Assembly: GCA_963667015.2 (NCBI GenBank)
Contig: CAXXJJ010000004.1
Span: 2,464,001 to 2,528,000 of the forward strand
Direction: 5' to 3'
From: Desulfatiglandales bacterium
GTDB taxonomy: Bacteria > Desulfobacterota > DSM-4660 > Desulfatiglandales > HGW-15
Length of the DNA: 64,000 bases
The notes under the pieces were generated by a model. The model was not told where the DNA came from. It made no database searches and was given only the letters and a program-made list of their open reading frames with translations. A program made the translations under genes and the position numbers. How positions within the stretch are numbered: position 1 is the first letter of the stretch; each line of letters begins with the position of its first letter. Below are positions 39,554 through 49,900 of this stretch, in pieces.

Positions 39554-40279
39554 TTAATCCTGCGCCTTATGATATTTTTTAATCATGTTTTTTGTCTGGT
39601 TGATCCTCTTTGTTATAAGGATTGACCTCGGGCATTGCCTGGTGCATTCAAAGTGATTCTCGCACGGCCATACCCCGTCGGGCCTGTCCAGAACAGGCAG
39701 CCGATCCTCAAAACCCTTATCCCTTGAATCAGCGGAGAACCTGAAGGCCTGCACAATTGCAGCAGGACCAAGGAAATCCCATGTCTCGCCAACAACAGGG
39801 CAGGCTGAATAGCAGGATGAGCATAGTATACAGTTGATGGAATCGTCAAACTGCATGCGTTCTTCCTGTGACTGAATCCTCTCTTTTTCTTTGACCGGTT
39901 CTTTATTAATCAGAAAAGGTAATACAGTCTTATATTTTTCAAACAGTTTTGTCTGGTCAACTATAAGGTCCCTTTGTACCGGAAAATTTCTCAGGGGCTC
40001 CAGCAGGATTGTATCACCATCAGATGAGGCAACAGACTTTACAAGGGTCTTGCATGCAAGACCTTCTTTTCCGTTTATACGCATTGCATCCGAGCCGCAT
40101 ACACCATGGGCGCAGCTTTTCCTGAATGATATGGTATTATCCTGATATTCCTTTACCTGCATCAGGGCATCAAGCACCCGTGCAGTTGGTTCAACATCCA
40201 CTTTGTATTCCCTGTAACAGGGCACATCATCTGTTTCAGGATTGTAACGCTGGATCTTAAGTATGATGTTCATCTTCAC
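39554..40279 (-). CDS. sdhB: Succinate dehydrogenase/fumarate reductase Fe-S subunit
   Basis: SCAHGVCGSD, CILCSSCYSAC, CENHFECTRQCP. Confidence 0.92.
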   Translation of the reverse strand: MKMNIILKIQRYNPETDDVPCYREYKVDVEPTARVLDALMQVKEYQDNTISFRKSCAHGVCGSDAMRINGKEGLACKTLVKSVASSDGDTILLEPLRNFPVQRDLIVDQTKLFEKYKTVLPFLINKEPVKEKERIQSQEERMQFDDSINCILCSSCYSACPVVGETWDFLGPAAIVQAFRFSADSRDKGFEDRLPVLDRPDGVWPCENHFECTRQCPRSILITKRINQTKNMIKKYHKAQD

Positions 40280-40282
40280 CTC

Positions 40283-42019
40283 CTAATACACCCTCGGCTT
40301 CGGTTCCCACTTTGAAATATCCACGGCCTTGTAATTGATATTTACTTCATCACCATCCAGGGTTGCCAGTGTATGCTTAAGCCAGTCTTCATCATTCCTG
40401 TCGGGAAAGTCTTCGCGGGAATGGGCGCCCCTGCTTTCTTTGCGGTTTTTAGCTGATTCAGCGGTAACAAGCGCCAGATCAAGCAGGTTTCTTAGCTCGA
40501 TCAGTTCCAGAAGCTCGGTATTAAAGTTTTTAGTCTTATCCCCCGCACCCAGGATTTTATACTCTTCACGCAGATTTTTAATAATCGAAACCGCCTCACC
40601 CATGTCCTTTTCATTTCGGTAGATACCTACCTTCTGCATCATGGCAACCTTCATATCTTCACCGATACGGCCTGCCTCCCCGGTTTTCCCTTTTTCGGTC
40701 AAACCTGCTATCCATTCCCCTGCATATTCATCAGCATCATTTGGGGCCATAATTAAATCAGCATCCTTCACATATGACGCAATATGTATTCCTGCCCTTC
40801 GGCCGAATACAACCAGGTCAAGAAGGCTGTTTGTTCCAAGCCGGTTTGCACCATGTATGGAGACGCAGGCACATTCACCTGCCGCATAAAGGCCCTCGCA
40901 GACAGTTTTCTTGTCGTCTGTTATGACCCTGCCGTGTGTATCGGTGGGTATGCCTCCCATCCCGTAATGGGCAGTAGGCTGAACAGGTATGGATTTTTCT
41001 GCCGGATCAATGCCAAGATAGGTCTTGCAGAAATCCGTGATATCGGGCAGTTTTGCTTCAAGCACTTCCTTTCCCAACCCGGTAGCATCCAGATATACAT
41101 AATCGTCAATCTTCTTATTTCCCAGTATACCCCGGCCTTCCAGCACCTCTGTTGTAATAGCCCGTGAAACCATATCCCTGGGGGCAAGATCAAGAAGCGT
41201 AGGGGCATAGACCTCCATAAAACGTTCCCCTTTGTTGTTTCTCAGGATACCGCCCTCTCCTCTTACTCCCTCGGTTATAAGTATTCCCATACCCCTTATA
41301 CCAGTTGGGTGAAACTGGAAGAATTCCATATCCTCCAGGGGTATTCCCCTTCGGGCAAGCACAGCAGGTCCGTCACCTGTGTTTGCATAGGCGTTTGATG
41401 TAATCTTGAACATACGGCCAAAGCCGCCCGTGGCAAAGAGAACCGCCTTTGCCCTGAATGTATGAATCTCTCCGGTTGCAATCTCTATTGCTATGACCCC
41501 GCCGCATCTGTTATTTTTAATGATTACGTCCAGTACCTGGTATTCATCATGGAAAGACACATTGTTTTTTATGCACTGCTGATAAAGGGTCTGAAGGATG
41601 GTATGCCCGGTTCTGTCGGCAGCATAGCAGGCCCTGTGTACAGGAGCTTCGCCAAAGTTTCTGGTGTGCCCTCCGAACCTGCGCTGATCAATCTTTCCTT
41701 CTGGTGTGCGGTTGAATGGAAGACCGCGGTTTTCAAGATCATATACTGCCTGCACGGCTTCTTCACTCAACACAAGGGCCGCATCCTGATCAACAAGATA
41801 ATCGCCGCCCTTAACCGTGTCATAGGCATGCCATTCGGGCCTGTCCTCTTCAACATTGCCAAGTGCCGCGCTTATACCTCCCTGGGCTGCACCTGTATGG
41901 CTTCTAACAGGATACAGTTTTGATAAAACCGCTGTCTTTGCACCTTTGCTTGCCTCAAGGGCCGCATAAAGCCCGGCCCCTCCGGCCCCGATTATCACTG
42001 AGTCATATTCATGTATCAA
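40283..42019 (-). CDS. sdhA: Succinate dehydrogenase/fumarate reductase flavoprotein
   Basis: [35 protein letters not shown]. Confidence 0.95.
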   Translation of the reverse strand: MIHEYDSVIIGAGGAGLYAALEASKGAKTAVLSKLYPVRSHTGAAQGGISAALGNVEEDRPEWHAYDTVKGGDYLVDQDAALVLSEEAVQAVYDLENRGLPFNRTPEGKIDQRRFGGHTRNFGEAPVHRACYAADRTGHTILQTLYQQCIKNNVSFHDEYQVLDVIIKNNRCGGVIAIEIATGEIHTFRAKAVLFATGGFGRMFKITSNAYANTGDGPAVLARRGIPLEDMEFFQFHPTGIRGMGILITEGVRGEGGILRNNKGERFMEVYAPTLLDLAPRDMVSRAITTEVLEGRGILGNKKIDDYVYLDATGLGKEVLEAKLPDITDFCKTYLGIDPAEKSIPVQPTAHYGMGGIPTDTHGRVITDDKKTVCEGLYAAGECACVSIHGANRLGTNSLLDLVVFGRRAGIHIASYVKDADLIMAPNDADEYAGEWIAGLTEKGKTGEAGRIGEDMKVAMMQKVGIYRNEKDMGEAVSIIKNLREEYKILGAGDKTKNFNTELLELIELRNLLDLALVTAESAKNRKESRGAHSREDFPDRNDEDWLKHTLATLDGDEVNINYKAVDISKWEPKPRVY

Positions 42020-42179
42020 TGTTTTTCTCCGGTTGAATGGTCTGATCTACAATTAAAACATAAGGATCTTTATTATCAAAGTGAAAAATAAAAAAATGGC
42101 GCAGGGCACAAGGCGCATGGCGCAAGGTAAAGACCTTAAAAGATTTTCCCTGTGCCTTGAGCCCTGCGCCGATTAGTTA

Positions 42180-43421
42180 TTAATCCTTCGCATCATAAAT
42201 TAAAAAGGCTGTAATTACAGCTATGGCAGTCACAGCATAGGCGGAAAAGGTAAACATCACATGATAACCATATTTGTCAATATAATGACCCATAACAGGA
42301 GCAAATATTGCACCGGTATACTGCATGGTGGAATAATATATCCCATAGATCTTGGAGCGGTGACTGGCTGGTGACTGGTTCATTATAAATACCTCTGCTA
42401 CCGGAAAACGGATTGCCTGAAAAACGCCAACCAGGAGGAGAACTATTATAAAACCCAATCCGTAATTCGGAACGGCTACTAATGCGAAGAGCATAAGCCC
42501 ACCCAGGATATCAGTAGCAATTATTACCTTAGCGCTGCCAATTTTATCTGATATATACCCTCCGACCGGCCCGCCGAATACCCCCGGGAGAAATACCCAT
42601 GACATGGACATTGCCGCCAACTCGTTTGTCATACCGAGTGAATTAACCATATAAAGGGAAAGGAAAGAACGAATAGAGGTACCCGCACCTACGCCCAGAA
42701 CCATCATAATAAGAAAAGCCCAAAGCCGTCGCTTATACCCGGGCTGAGGAGGACGCTCTTCTGTCTGTTTCCTTTTCATTTCTTCGATATGAGCCTTGCC
42801 ATATCTCTTATTGAGGTAAAAGAAAAACAAGGTACCGAGAACAGCAGTCGGTACTGCAAGAGTAAGATATGCTCCTCTCCATCCCCATACTCCGGCCACC
42901 AGACCGGCAATGATCGGTGCTGACAAAAAACTGCTGTTACCGCCGATGAGATGCAAACCAACAGCCCTTCCTCTCTGATTAGGAGGTACCGACATCGCAA
43001 TAAGCGGTGTTGACGCGGGATGATAACCCCCTGACATAAGCCCCATAAAAATGAGGGCTAATATGAGCATTAAATAACTGGTGGACAATCCGACAAACAA
43101 ACCCCCTACGGCAACACCAACTATCCCCATGGTTATGAGGATTGTGGGTCCCATCCTGTCGGCCATCCATCCTGCAGGAATCTGTGAGAGGCCCCCCGAA
43201 ATTGCAAAAGCAGAGGTTACACCGCCTGCCATAGAATTACTCAGCTTGAACTCCTGCTGCATATAGGGCAGCATTGGCTGGGGAAGTGCTGTCAAGAGAT
43301 GGTGTGCAGCATGTGCAATCACAAACAGCGGTAATCCGGTAAGAAAAAAAGACCGGTTCTTTGGCGCATCTGCACTTTCTGCTGATTGTTCGGAAGTGGT
43401 ATCAATCGGGTTGTCGGGCAT
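42180..43421 (-). CDS. MFS transporter
   Basis: About 12 TM segments; GWMADRMG motif A. Confidence 0.9.
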   Translation of the reverse strand: MPDNPIDTTSEQSAESADAPKNRSFFLTGLPLFVIAHAAHHLLTALPQPMLPYMQQEFKLSNSMAGGVTSAFAISGGLSQIPAGWMADRMGPTILITMGIVGVAVGGLFVGLSTSYLMLILALIFMGLMSGGYHPASTPLIAMSVPPNQRGRAVGLHLIGGNSSFLSAPIIAGLVAGVWGWRGAYLTLAVPTAVLGTLFFFYLNKRYGKAHIEEMKRKQTEERPPQPGYKRRLWAFLIMMVLGVGAGTSIRSFLSLYMVNSLGMTNELAAMSMSWVFLPGVFGGPVGGYISDKIGSAKVIIATDILGGLMLFALVAVPNYGLGFIIVLLLVGVFQAIRFPVAEVFIMNQSPASHRSKIYGIYYSTMQYTGAIFAPVMGHYIDKYGYHVMFTFSAYAVTAIAVITAFLIYDAKD

Positions 43422-43532
43422 TTCAAAAGTCTCCTTGTATTTTACTTAGGGGAATCAGAAATTGAAAAGATAATATATATATTTCATATATAATTTACTC
43501 TGTAAATAAATCAACAAAATATTACAGGACCA

Positions 43533-43595
43533 TCCGCCGTCGCTTGAAGCTTCGGTCTTCGCTGAAACTACGCCCCGACAAGATGGCGGGACAGG
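43533..43595. repeat. REP-like element with a second REP-like unit nested inside
   Basis: TCCGCCGTCGCTTGAAGCT[31 bp]ATGGCGGGACAGG; an uninterrupted inverted copy is at 53475-53505. Confidence 0.55.
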
Positions 43596-43924
43596 CGGAA
43601 TACACGAAAGGCGCCAAAGATAAAAATCAAAATCATTTTATTGATTTTTAAAATCCTTTTGTATCGGGTTTTAAACCTGTCTTAATAGCCGTTGTAATTG
43701 TAAACATCTATTGGCTTTTTTAAACAACATAACATTTTTTGTTTTGCTCTGTGAACTCCCTGGCCCGACTTAGTTTTATGCAACAGCGGCTGTGGACTCT
43801 GCGAGATACTTTTTTTTTATATCTTCATGTATTTCATGTGGTTCTCGGTTTCAAATCAACAAGCTTGCCAATGTGTATTTGGCTTGCTATATTTGCGTAT
43901 ATCATGGAGGGGAAAGGATACTGC

Positions 43925-44323
43925 ATGGACGATAAAAAAGATATCCGCTGGAAACAAAGATTTCAAAACTATGAAAAATCCTTTTTTCTATTAAAAAGAA
44001 CTCTGGAAATAGATAATCCTTCGGAAGCGGAAAAGGGAGGACTGATCCAGTTTTATAAAATGACCTTTGAGCTGGCATGGAAACTGTTAAAGGACTACCT
44101 GCAGGAATTGGGCTTTAACATTAATTCTCCCAGAGAAGCTATTAAGCAGGCATATCAGTCAGAAATAATAGATAATGGTCAGGAATGGATTGATGCCCTT
44201 GAAGACAGAAATCTCACAACACATACCTATGATGAAGAGACAGCCCAAAAGGTTGTTGAATCAATCAGGAACTCTTACTATCCCTTGCTGAACAGTTTGT
44301 ATGTAAAACTCAAAATTGAATGA
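43925..44323 (+). CDS. HEPN (HI0074-type nucleotidyltransferase substrate-binding) toxin-family protein
   Basis: IRWKQRF, GLIQ..TFELAWK, HEPN motif DRNLTTHTY; RBS before ATG 43925. Confidence 0.85.
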   Translation: MDDKKDIRWKQRFQNYEKSFFLLKRTLEIDNPSEAEKGGLIQFYKMTFELAWKLLKDYLQELGFNINSPREAIKQAYQSEIIDNGQEWIDALEDRNLTTHTYDEETAQKVVESIRNSYYPLLNSLYVKLKIE

Positions 44324-44438
44324 AGAAACGCCTCTTCCATACTTTATAGATATTGTCCATTACGAAACAATTAAAAACAACGATCTCAGGAAGCATATAG
44401 ATAGAGTGGGTCAGATAATCTACACCAAAAATAAATAA
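44316..44438 (+). pseudogene. C-terminal remnant of a minimal nucleotidyltransferase (MNT) antitoxin
   Basis: Reads LNEETPLPYFIDIVHYETIKNNDLRKHIDRVGQIIY*; the N-terminal GSR/DxD half is absent. Confidence 0.7.
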
Positions 44439-44639
44439 TCTGTTTTAACCGCGAAATACTCGAAAGGCACAAAAGTTAAAAAGACAAAACTCCTTTTCGT
44501 TAGACTTCAAAGTAAACTGGAATTATTTTTTTATGAATCAGACGGGCTAAAAATCCGTCTCAAGGCGGGATGCCTGCCTTACCAGGGGGAAATTGGGGAT
44601 AGATGATATCCCATCAGGGAATTAAACAAGGATATAACA

Positions 44640-44987
44640 ATGGACCGAAGAAAAGAGATAATCAGAGATTATAAGGAAAATCCTCCACCTGCGGGGATAT
44701 TCAAAATTACAAATACTGCGAACGGAAAGATGCTCATAGGAAAAGGTATCAACGTTCAGGGGAAGATAAACAGCAACATGGCCCAGTTAAAGTTTGGCGG
44801 ACACAGGAACAGGGAACTGCAGGAAGACTGGAACCGTTATGGGGCAGAAAACTTTTCCAGTGAGATCCTGGATTACCTCAAAGAAGATCCCGCGCACCCG
44901 GAAAGACAGGCCGATGATCTTGATGAGCTTCTCGAATTGTGGCTGGATAAGCTCAAGCCCTATGGCGAAAAGGGTTACAATAAATAG
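44640..44987 (+). CDS. Small GIY-YIG-like protein
   Basis: GIFKITNTANGKMLIG, NRELQEDW..YG..F..EIL, YN. Confidence 0.75.
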   Translation: MDRRKEIIRDYKENPPPAGIFKITNTANGKMLIGKGINVQGKINSNMAQLKFGGHRNRELQEDWNRYGAENFSSEILDYLKEDPAHPERQADDLDELLELWLDKLKPYGEKGYNK

Positions 44988-45116
44988 CATGGAAAAACCC
45001 CACCCATATTTAAAAAATCGGTAATCTACCCCGGATATTCTCTAAATCCACAAATAGTTTGACACTACATTAGTTGCAATATACAATTATTGCACTTTCC
45101 AACTACAGGGTAATTT

Positions 45117-45551
45117 ATGGATAAAAGGCAGATCGATAAATTCAGAAAAATGCTAAGACAGATTCAAAGAGAATTAATGGAATTAAACAGGAATGATGCA
45201 CAGTGCTGCGGAATCAGCCTGGCCCAGTGCCATGCCATGATAGAACTGGGGAATACGGGGATGACAACAATATCAACCCTGGCCAGTGAACTTGGGCTGG
45301 ATAAAAGCACCTTGAGCCGAACAATCGACGGTCTTGTAAAGCAGGGTTTTGTTCTGAGAAATATAAAGGATGATGACAGGCGTTTCATGACCATCGAGCT
45401 GTCAGACACAGGAGAGAAATATAATAAATTTCTGAATGAAAAATATAATATGATTTTCAAGGAAGCCTTTGATGATATACCTGCGGCAAGCCAGACACAG
45501 CTCCTGGAGGCAATGGAATTATTTATTTCGGTTTTAAAAAGAATCAAATAG
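45117..45551 (+). CDS. MarR-family regulator
   Basis: LASELGLDKSTLSRTIDGL, DDRR. Confidence 0.9.
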   Translation: MDKRQIDKFRKMLRQIQRELMELNRNDAQCCGISLAQCHAMIELGNTGMTTISTLASELGLDKSTLSRTIDGLVKQGFVLRNIKDDDRRFMTIELSDTGEKYNKFLNEKYNMIFKEAFDDIPAASQTQLLEAMELFISVLKRIK

Positions 45552-45682
45552 AATAGAGAGGTATAATTCCGGATCGAAAGGTAAGAATCATTTATGCTGA
45601 CGGGAGATTATAGGAGTGTCCCCATTCTCACATTATAATCGCGCCGGATTGAGAAGAGAGAAACAGCTCCGGATTTTGTTTT

Positions 45683-46120
45683 TCAGCTGTATTTTCCCGG
45701 TCCGGTGGCAAAATGAAAAATGGGTTTGTCCACCCTTCGAACAATTAACGGGCAGTGTTCAACCTCCTTTGGAGCGAAGATTATACAGCTTTTCGTAAGG
45801 ATGTATTGCTCACCGCCTAACCAGAATTCGATTTCCCCACACAAATTATTCGGGTTATCCGTGTCCGTTCCAAAAAACGCGACCACTTCATCAAAAGGAT
45901 GGGTATGACTTTCTCCAACAAATTCCGTTGGCGTGGATTGCGGCCAATACCACGAGCTGGTCACAAAAAAACTTCCGCTAATCACATCTTCGTCCAGCCT
46001 GATCATACGGGTAACAGCGTCGTCCATATTTTTTTTCCTCTCTTCATTGCCATAAAACTTGGGACGATCAGGTTCCGGTCTAAAATCGGTTATAATGTTC
46101 TTTTCGTATTTTCCGGCCAC
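45683..46120 (-). CDS. Cupin-like hypothetical protein
   Basis: HTHPFDE...PKEVEHCP; AGGAGG RBS. Confidence 0.7.
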   Translation of the reverse strand: MAGKYEKNIITDFRPEPDRPKFYGNEERKKNMDDAVTRMIRLDEDVISGSFFVTSSWYWPQSTPTEFVGESHTHPFDEVVAFFGTDTDNPNNLCGEIEFWLGGEQYILTKSCIIFAPKEVEHCPLIVRRVDKPIFHFATGPGKYS

Positions 46121-46212
46121 ATTACCTCCTTATAGAGTAATTCACGGCGCTTTACAGGTTAATTAGTGTCCATCCAGAAACAAAAGGAGACACTAACAAG
46201 TTACCAATTTGT

Positions 46213-47028
46213 TTAAACAACACAGAGAAGGCCGCCATCGTGCGCGTAAATGCATCCGGTTATCTGATTACCGGCTTGAGACGAGAGAAAGACACATAAC
46301 GCCCCAATCTCGATCGGTTCTCCAAATCGATGAGCCGGCAGGTCTTTCTCAATCGTTTCGATTGAGGCTGGAGGCAAATCTTTATCCAGATCAGAATGGG
46401 TCGGGCCCGGCGCGATAACGTTGACACGAATACCGTCATCCCCTAAAACCACAGCCAGATATCGGCTGAAGATGTCCAGGCCCGCTTTAGCGGCGTTATA
46501 TGGAGCATGATGATGGTGCCGTGAATTGCTGACTCTCTGACCACCGACAGAGGAAATATTAATAATACTCCCGCCTAACCCTTTATCACGCATTTTAGGC
46601 GCGATCTGATGAATAATGTTGGCGACTCCGTGCAGGTCTGTGTTAATCACGCGGTGCCACTCATCCAATCCGTTTTCGTCTAAAAATGGCACTGTCGTTG
46701 AGACCCCGGCGTTGTTGATGAGAACATCCACATGATCAAAATGTTCATATATTGTTTTGACCGCCCTTTTGACGCTTTCCAGGTCCGCGACGTCGCACTT
46801 AATACAATTGTGTTTTCCACCATACTGACTGATTTCTTCAACCGCTTTCTGACCAGTTTGAGTGTCGCGGCAAAGGATCAGCACATTGGCCCCTGATTGG
46901 GCGAAAGCTACGGAAATACCTTTGCCGATGCCCCTGTTTCCTCCGGTAACAACAACATTTTTCCCGGATACATCAAACGCGTTGGTCATGCTGGTGATTG
47001 GATTTGTTTTTATCATAGGATTCCTCAT
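46213..47028 (-). CDS. SDR-family oxidoreductase
   Basis: TGGNRGIG, NNAG, YNAAK. Confidence 0.92.
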   Translation of the reverse strand: MRNPMIKTNPITSMTNAFDVSGKNVVVTGGNRGIGKGISVAFAQSGANVLILCRDTQTGQKAVEEISQYGGKHNCIKCDVADLESVKRAVKTIYEHFDHVDVLINNAGVSTTVPFLDENGLDEWHRVINTDLHGVANIIHQIAPKMRDKGLGGSIINISSVGGQRVSNSRHHHHAPYNAAKAGLDIFSRYLAVVLGDDGIRVNVIAPGPTHSDLDKDLPPASIETIEKDLPAHRFGEPIEIGALCVFLSSQAGNQITGCIYAHDGGLLCVV

Positions 47029-47082
47029 AAGCCTTTAAATTGTTTTAGATCCAACTTCCCCTATTCCAATAATTTTCAGAAT

Positions 47083-47508
47083 TTAATTCGCACCGGGGTG
47101 TATAAACGAAGCCTTATGAAGCACTATTTTTATATGCCTTGAAAAATTCTTAAAGTCGTTGTCTGTGGTAAATATTGGGAATTTATATCTGTTGGCCATT
47201 GCGCAAATAAGAAAATCGGTATTTGAGCCCTGAACTCCTTTTGATCGGCAGATATTGAAATATTTGGCGGCTGTAACAAAATCTTCAGTCAGCACCGGAA
47301 TATCAGGAAAGCTTTCAAGAAGCTTCTGTAATTTTTTAAACTGCGATTCACTGTGTATACCGGAAAGAATCTCCTGCCTTATTGGTCCAATCATTTGAAC
47401 CTGATGTTCTTTTATCAACCTTTGAAGTTCCAGGACAGAGGCATTATGAGACGGATTTTTCCGCCTCAGGGCAAGCGACCAGATGCTGGTATCCACTATT
47501 ATTTTCAT
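47083..47508 (-). CDS. vapC: PIN-domain VapC toxin
   Basis: IIVDTSIW, QEILSG, DFLI, TTDNDF. Confidence 0.88.
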   Translation of the reverse strand: MKIIVDTSIWSLALRRKNPSHNASVLELQRLIKEHQVQMIGPIRQEILSGIHSESQFKKLQKLLESFPDIPVLTEDFVTAAKYFNICRSKGVQGSNTDFLICAMANRYKFPIFTTDNDFKNFSRHIKIVLHKASFIHPGAN

Positions 47509-47705
47509 GGCTGTTGTCTCTGCTTTTTATAGTCATATTCAGGGTCATAATCTATTTTTCCAAAAATCGATAAAATCTTTTCCTGTTCAAGATTTTGTAT
47601 GTATTCAACAAGCGCTTTTGAGACAGCATCCTTTTTTGTTTTATGTCCTCCAAGCTTTACAGCCTTCTCAATCAGCTTGTCATCCAACTGTAAATTAGTT
47701 GCCAT
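47505..47705 (-). CDS. vapB: VapB antitoxin
   Basis: MATNLQLDDKLIEKA...KTKKDAV; overlaps vapC; palindrome ACACAT-N4-ATGTGT at 47740-47755 upstream. Confidence 0.85.
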   Translation of the reverse strand: MATNLQLDDKLIEKAVKLGGHKTKKDAVSKALVEYIQNLEQEKILSIFGKIDYDPEYDYKKQRQQP

Positions 47706-47977
47706 AATAATCACCTCCTTTTCATTTATTGCCAATTTTACACATCAGAATGTGTGAATTCAAGGTTATATTAATACAAACATGTTCATAACCTCTCCTT
47801 CCTGGTTTCATTGACCCGGCCAAATGAAAGCTGACGAGTCATTAATTCTTTCGTTGAAAAATATACCTTGTGATTTCAGGTTGTTACATAAAGCCATTTT
47901 CAATAATTCGATAAAAAATGACTTACTTCTCAAGAATCAATTTCCAAAGAGCTTCACTGCTTCTTTTTCGCATACCC

Positions 47978-49822
47978 TCATAAACTGACGCCCTTATAGT
48001 CTTTATTGTGAGCTTCGTAATTCTCCTTGAGATTGCCCCAGTAAGCCAGCGGTAGTTCTCCCACTTTTACCTGGTCATCCTTCAATTTAAGAGTAATGAA
48101 CTTGTTCCACTCCGGCGGGTCGTATTCCGGATAGTCGATCCTGAAGAAATTCAGGTGCCGGCTGCTTGCCCGGCGGGCCAGTGATCCATGGATAATAATC
48201 TTTGAAAAAGTAAGAATGCTCAGATCCTCCAGACTGCGCATCAACTTGTGAGGATCAAGGGCATATAACTGTGGCACCCACTTCTGCTCAATGTCGTTTA
48301 GTGCGTCCAGTCCCATATTCAGAAGCTTTTCGGTTTTGAATTCGCTGCAGTAGTACTGCATGGTCCGGGCGATTCCGGCATGCAGTTCTTTCCACTCGAT
48401 GCCGTTTTTTCTCCTGATCGGCGCATAGACGCGCTCCTTTTCAAGCGCGATTTGATTTTTTGATACAACCGGAGGATCAGCCTTAAGGGCATATTCGGCG
48501 GCTTTTCTTCCGGCATATCTTCCGGTACTCGCCGCATAACTATGGGCCAGGGGCCCATACATCTGTTCTCCGGCAGCATATAGCCCGTCCAGTGTCGTTT
48601 TTAGATTCCAGTCTACAACGACGCCGCCGCGGTGGTTCATGCTGTCGGGTGACCGAAAATGGGCTGGCGTGGCGCCCTCTATCAACGCATAGTTGGGGAG
48701 CAGATCCTTTGCCGGATCATAACCGGCCGCCTTGAATACCCTTCGCATGGCCAGTGCCGTTGACTCTTCCGTATATCCCAAATCCCAATTGATCTTTCGC
48801 CAGCCCTCCGACATAGCGGGGAAGTCCCCGTAGAAGGGTAAGGCGACCTTCCCCTCGAGTACTGCCTCACGTGTAGCCACGGCGTATGTTATGGCTTTGC
48901 CGTTGTCGTCCACCATGGGGACATTCTCGAACACGGGATCAGTCCCTCCGGAATCAATCTTGTGTTTATAGCCGGTTCCCAGCATCAAAAGCCCGGATTT
49001 CTCCATCATGGTCAGTTCGGCACCGGCTCTCCAGGCCATGACCGTGCCGTCGCCGGACGCATTACGGGATCGGAAAGTGGAAATACCCGCCAATTCCGTA
49101 TTGAAGACCCAGATAGACCCGACTCCGGCAGTGCATAGAACGGTTGCCTTGGCTTTAAAAATCATAAATTTACCGGTTCTACTATTAATACCGGTGGCAC
49201 CGACGACTCTTGCACCCTGGATACCCTTTTCATTTAGCAGGCTTGTGCCCATGATCCTGTCATAGATCTTGACCCCTAACCGCTCGCATTCCTTTTTAAG
49301 CGCGGGCTTAAATGTGGTCCCCCAAAAACGAAGAGACGCTTTATCAGGCTTATACCTGGAGGCGACGATAAGTTTGGTCTTTTCATCCCGCCCCTCCACG
49401 CCCGCATACTCATCGTCGGTATCCCTGATTTTGCCGCCCATCTTTTCTATCTCCAGAAACGCGTCGTAACTCTCCCGGCATTGTATTTCCCGTCCGATTC
49501 CACAACAGTATCCACCCATCTGATCGATCAGGTGCTGGCACCATTCATCGGGATCATGATTCGAGAAGGGACTGGTCATCGGGTTATCCCAATGGTCGCC
49601 TCCGGGCCCTCCGGCGCCGCTTCTTATGGTTGCCCCCTTTTCCATGAGCGTGACCCTGAGTCCTTTCGTTCTGGCCGCGCTTATGGCAGCCCAGCATCCG
49701 GCAATACCGCCGCCGATGACTAAAACATCCGTATCAACCACTTGTTCCTGGTCATATTGTATCGGGTATGTCCATTCAGACAATCGACCGTCGTTTTCCG
49801 CTAGTTCATGCCATGAAGTCAT
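47978..49822 (-). CDS. FAD-dependent oxidoreductase, SdhA/AprA-like flavoprotein
   Basis: DVLVIGGGIAG, RSGA, TTLDGLYAAGE, RRASS...RIDYPE. Confidence 0.8.
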   Translation of the reverse strand: MTSWHELAENDGRLSEWTYPIQYDQEQVVDTDVLVIGGGIAGCWAAISAARTKGLRVTLMEKGATIRSGAGGPGGDHWDNPMTSPFSNHDPDEWCQHLIDQMGGYCCGIGREIQCRESYDAFLEIEKMGGKIRDTDDEYAGVEGRDEKTKLIVASRYKPDKASLRFWGTTFKPALKKECERLGVKIYDRIMGTSLLNEKGIQGARVVGATGINSRTGKFMIFKAKATVLCTAGVGSIWVFNTELAGISTFRSRNASGDGTVMAWRAGAELTMMEKSGLLMLGTGYKHKIDSGGTDPVFENVPMVDDNGKAITYAVATREAVLEGKVALPFYGDFPAMSEGWRKINWDLGYTEESTALAMRRVFKAAGYDPAKDLLPNYALIEGATPAHFRSPDSMNHRGGVVVDWNLKTTLDGLYAAGEQMYGPLAHSYAASTGRYAGRKAAEYALKADPPVVSKNQIALEKERVYAPIRRKNGIEWKELHAGIARTMQYYCSEFKTEKLLNMGLDALNDIEQKWVPQLYALDPHKLMRSLEDLSILTFSKIIIHGSLARRASSRHLNFFRIDYPEYDPPEWNKFITLKLKDDQVKVGELPLAYWGNLKENYEAHNKDYKGVSL

Positions 49823-49900
49823 TTTTTTACCCCTCCATATATTATTTAAACGAAAAATTTACTGTGGATTCAGAAATACCTGCTTTAATTTGACTATCCA

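Noticed and set aside
18894..43266. Numerous 60-200 aa antisense or overlapping ORFs in the housekeeping region
   Set aside because: They lie opposite or inside well-supported genes and carry no recognisable motifs.
43739..43924. N-terminal extension of the HEPN ORF given in the ORF track
   Set aside because: It runs through intergenic low-complexity sequence; the family-like sequence and RBS begin at ATG 43925.
47978..49822. Bona fide dissimilatory APS reductase aprA
   Set aside because: Only general family motifs are recognisable; there are no sat/qmo neighbours and the partner has an export-like signal.
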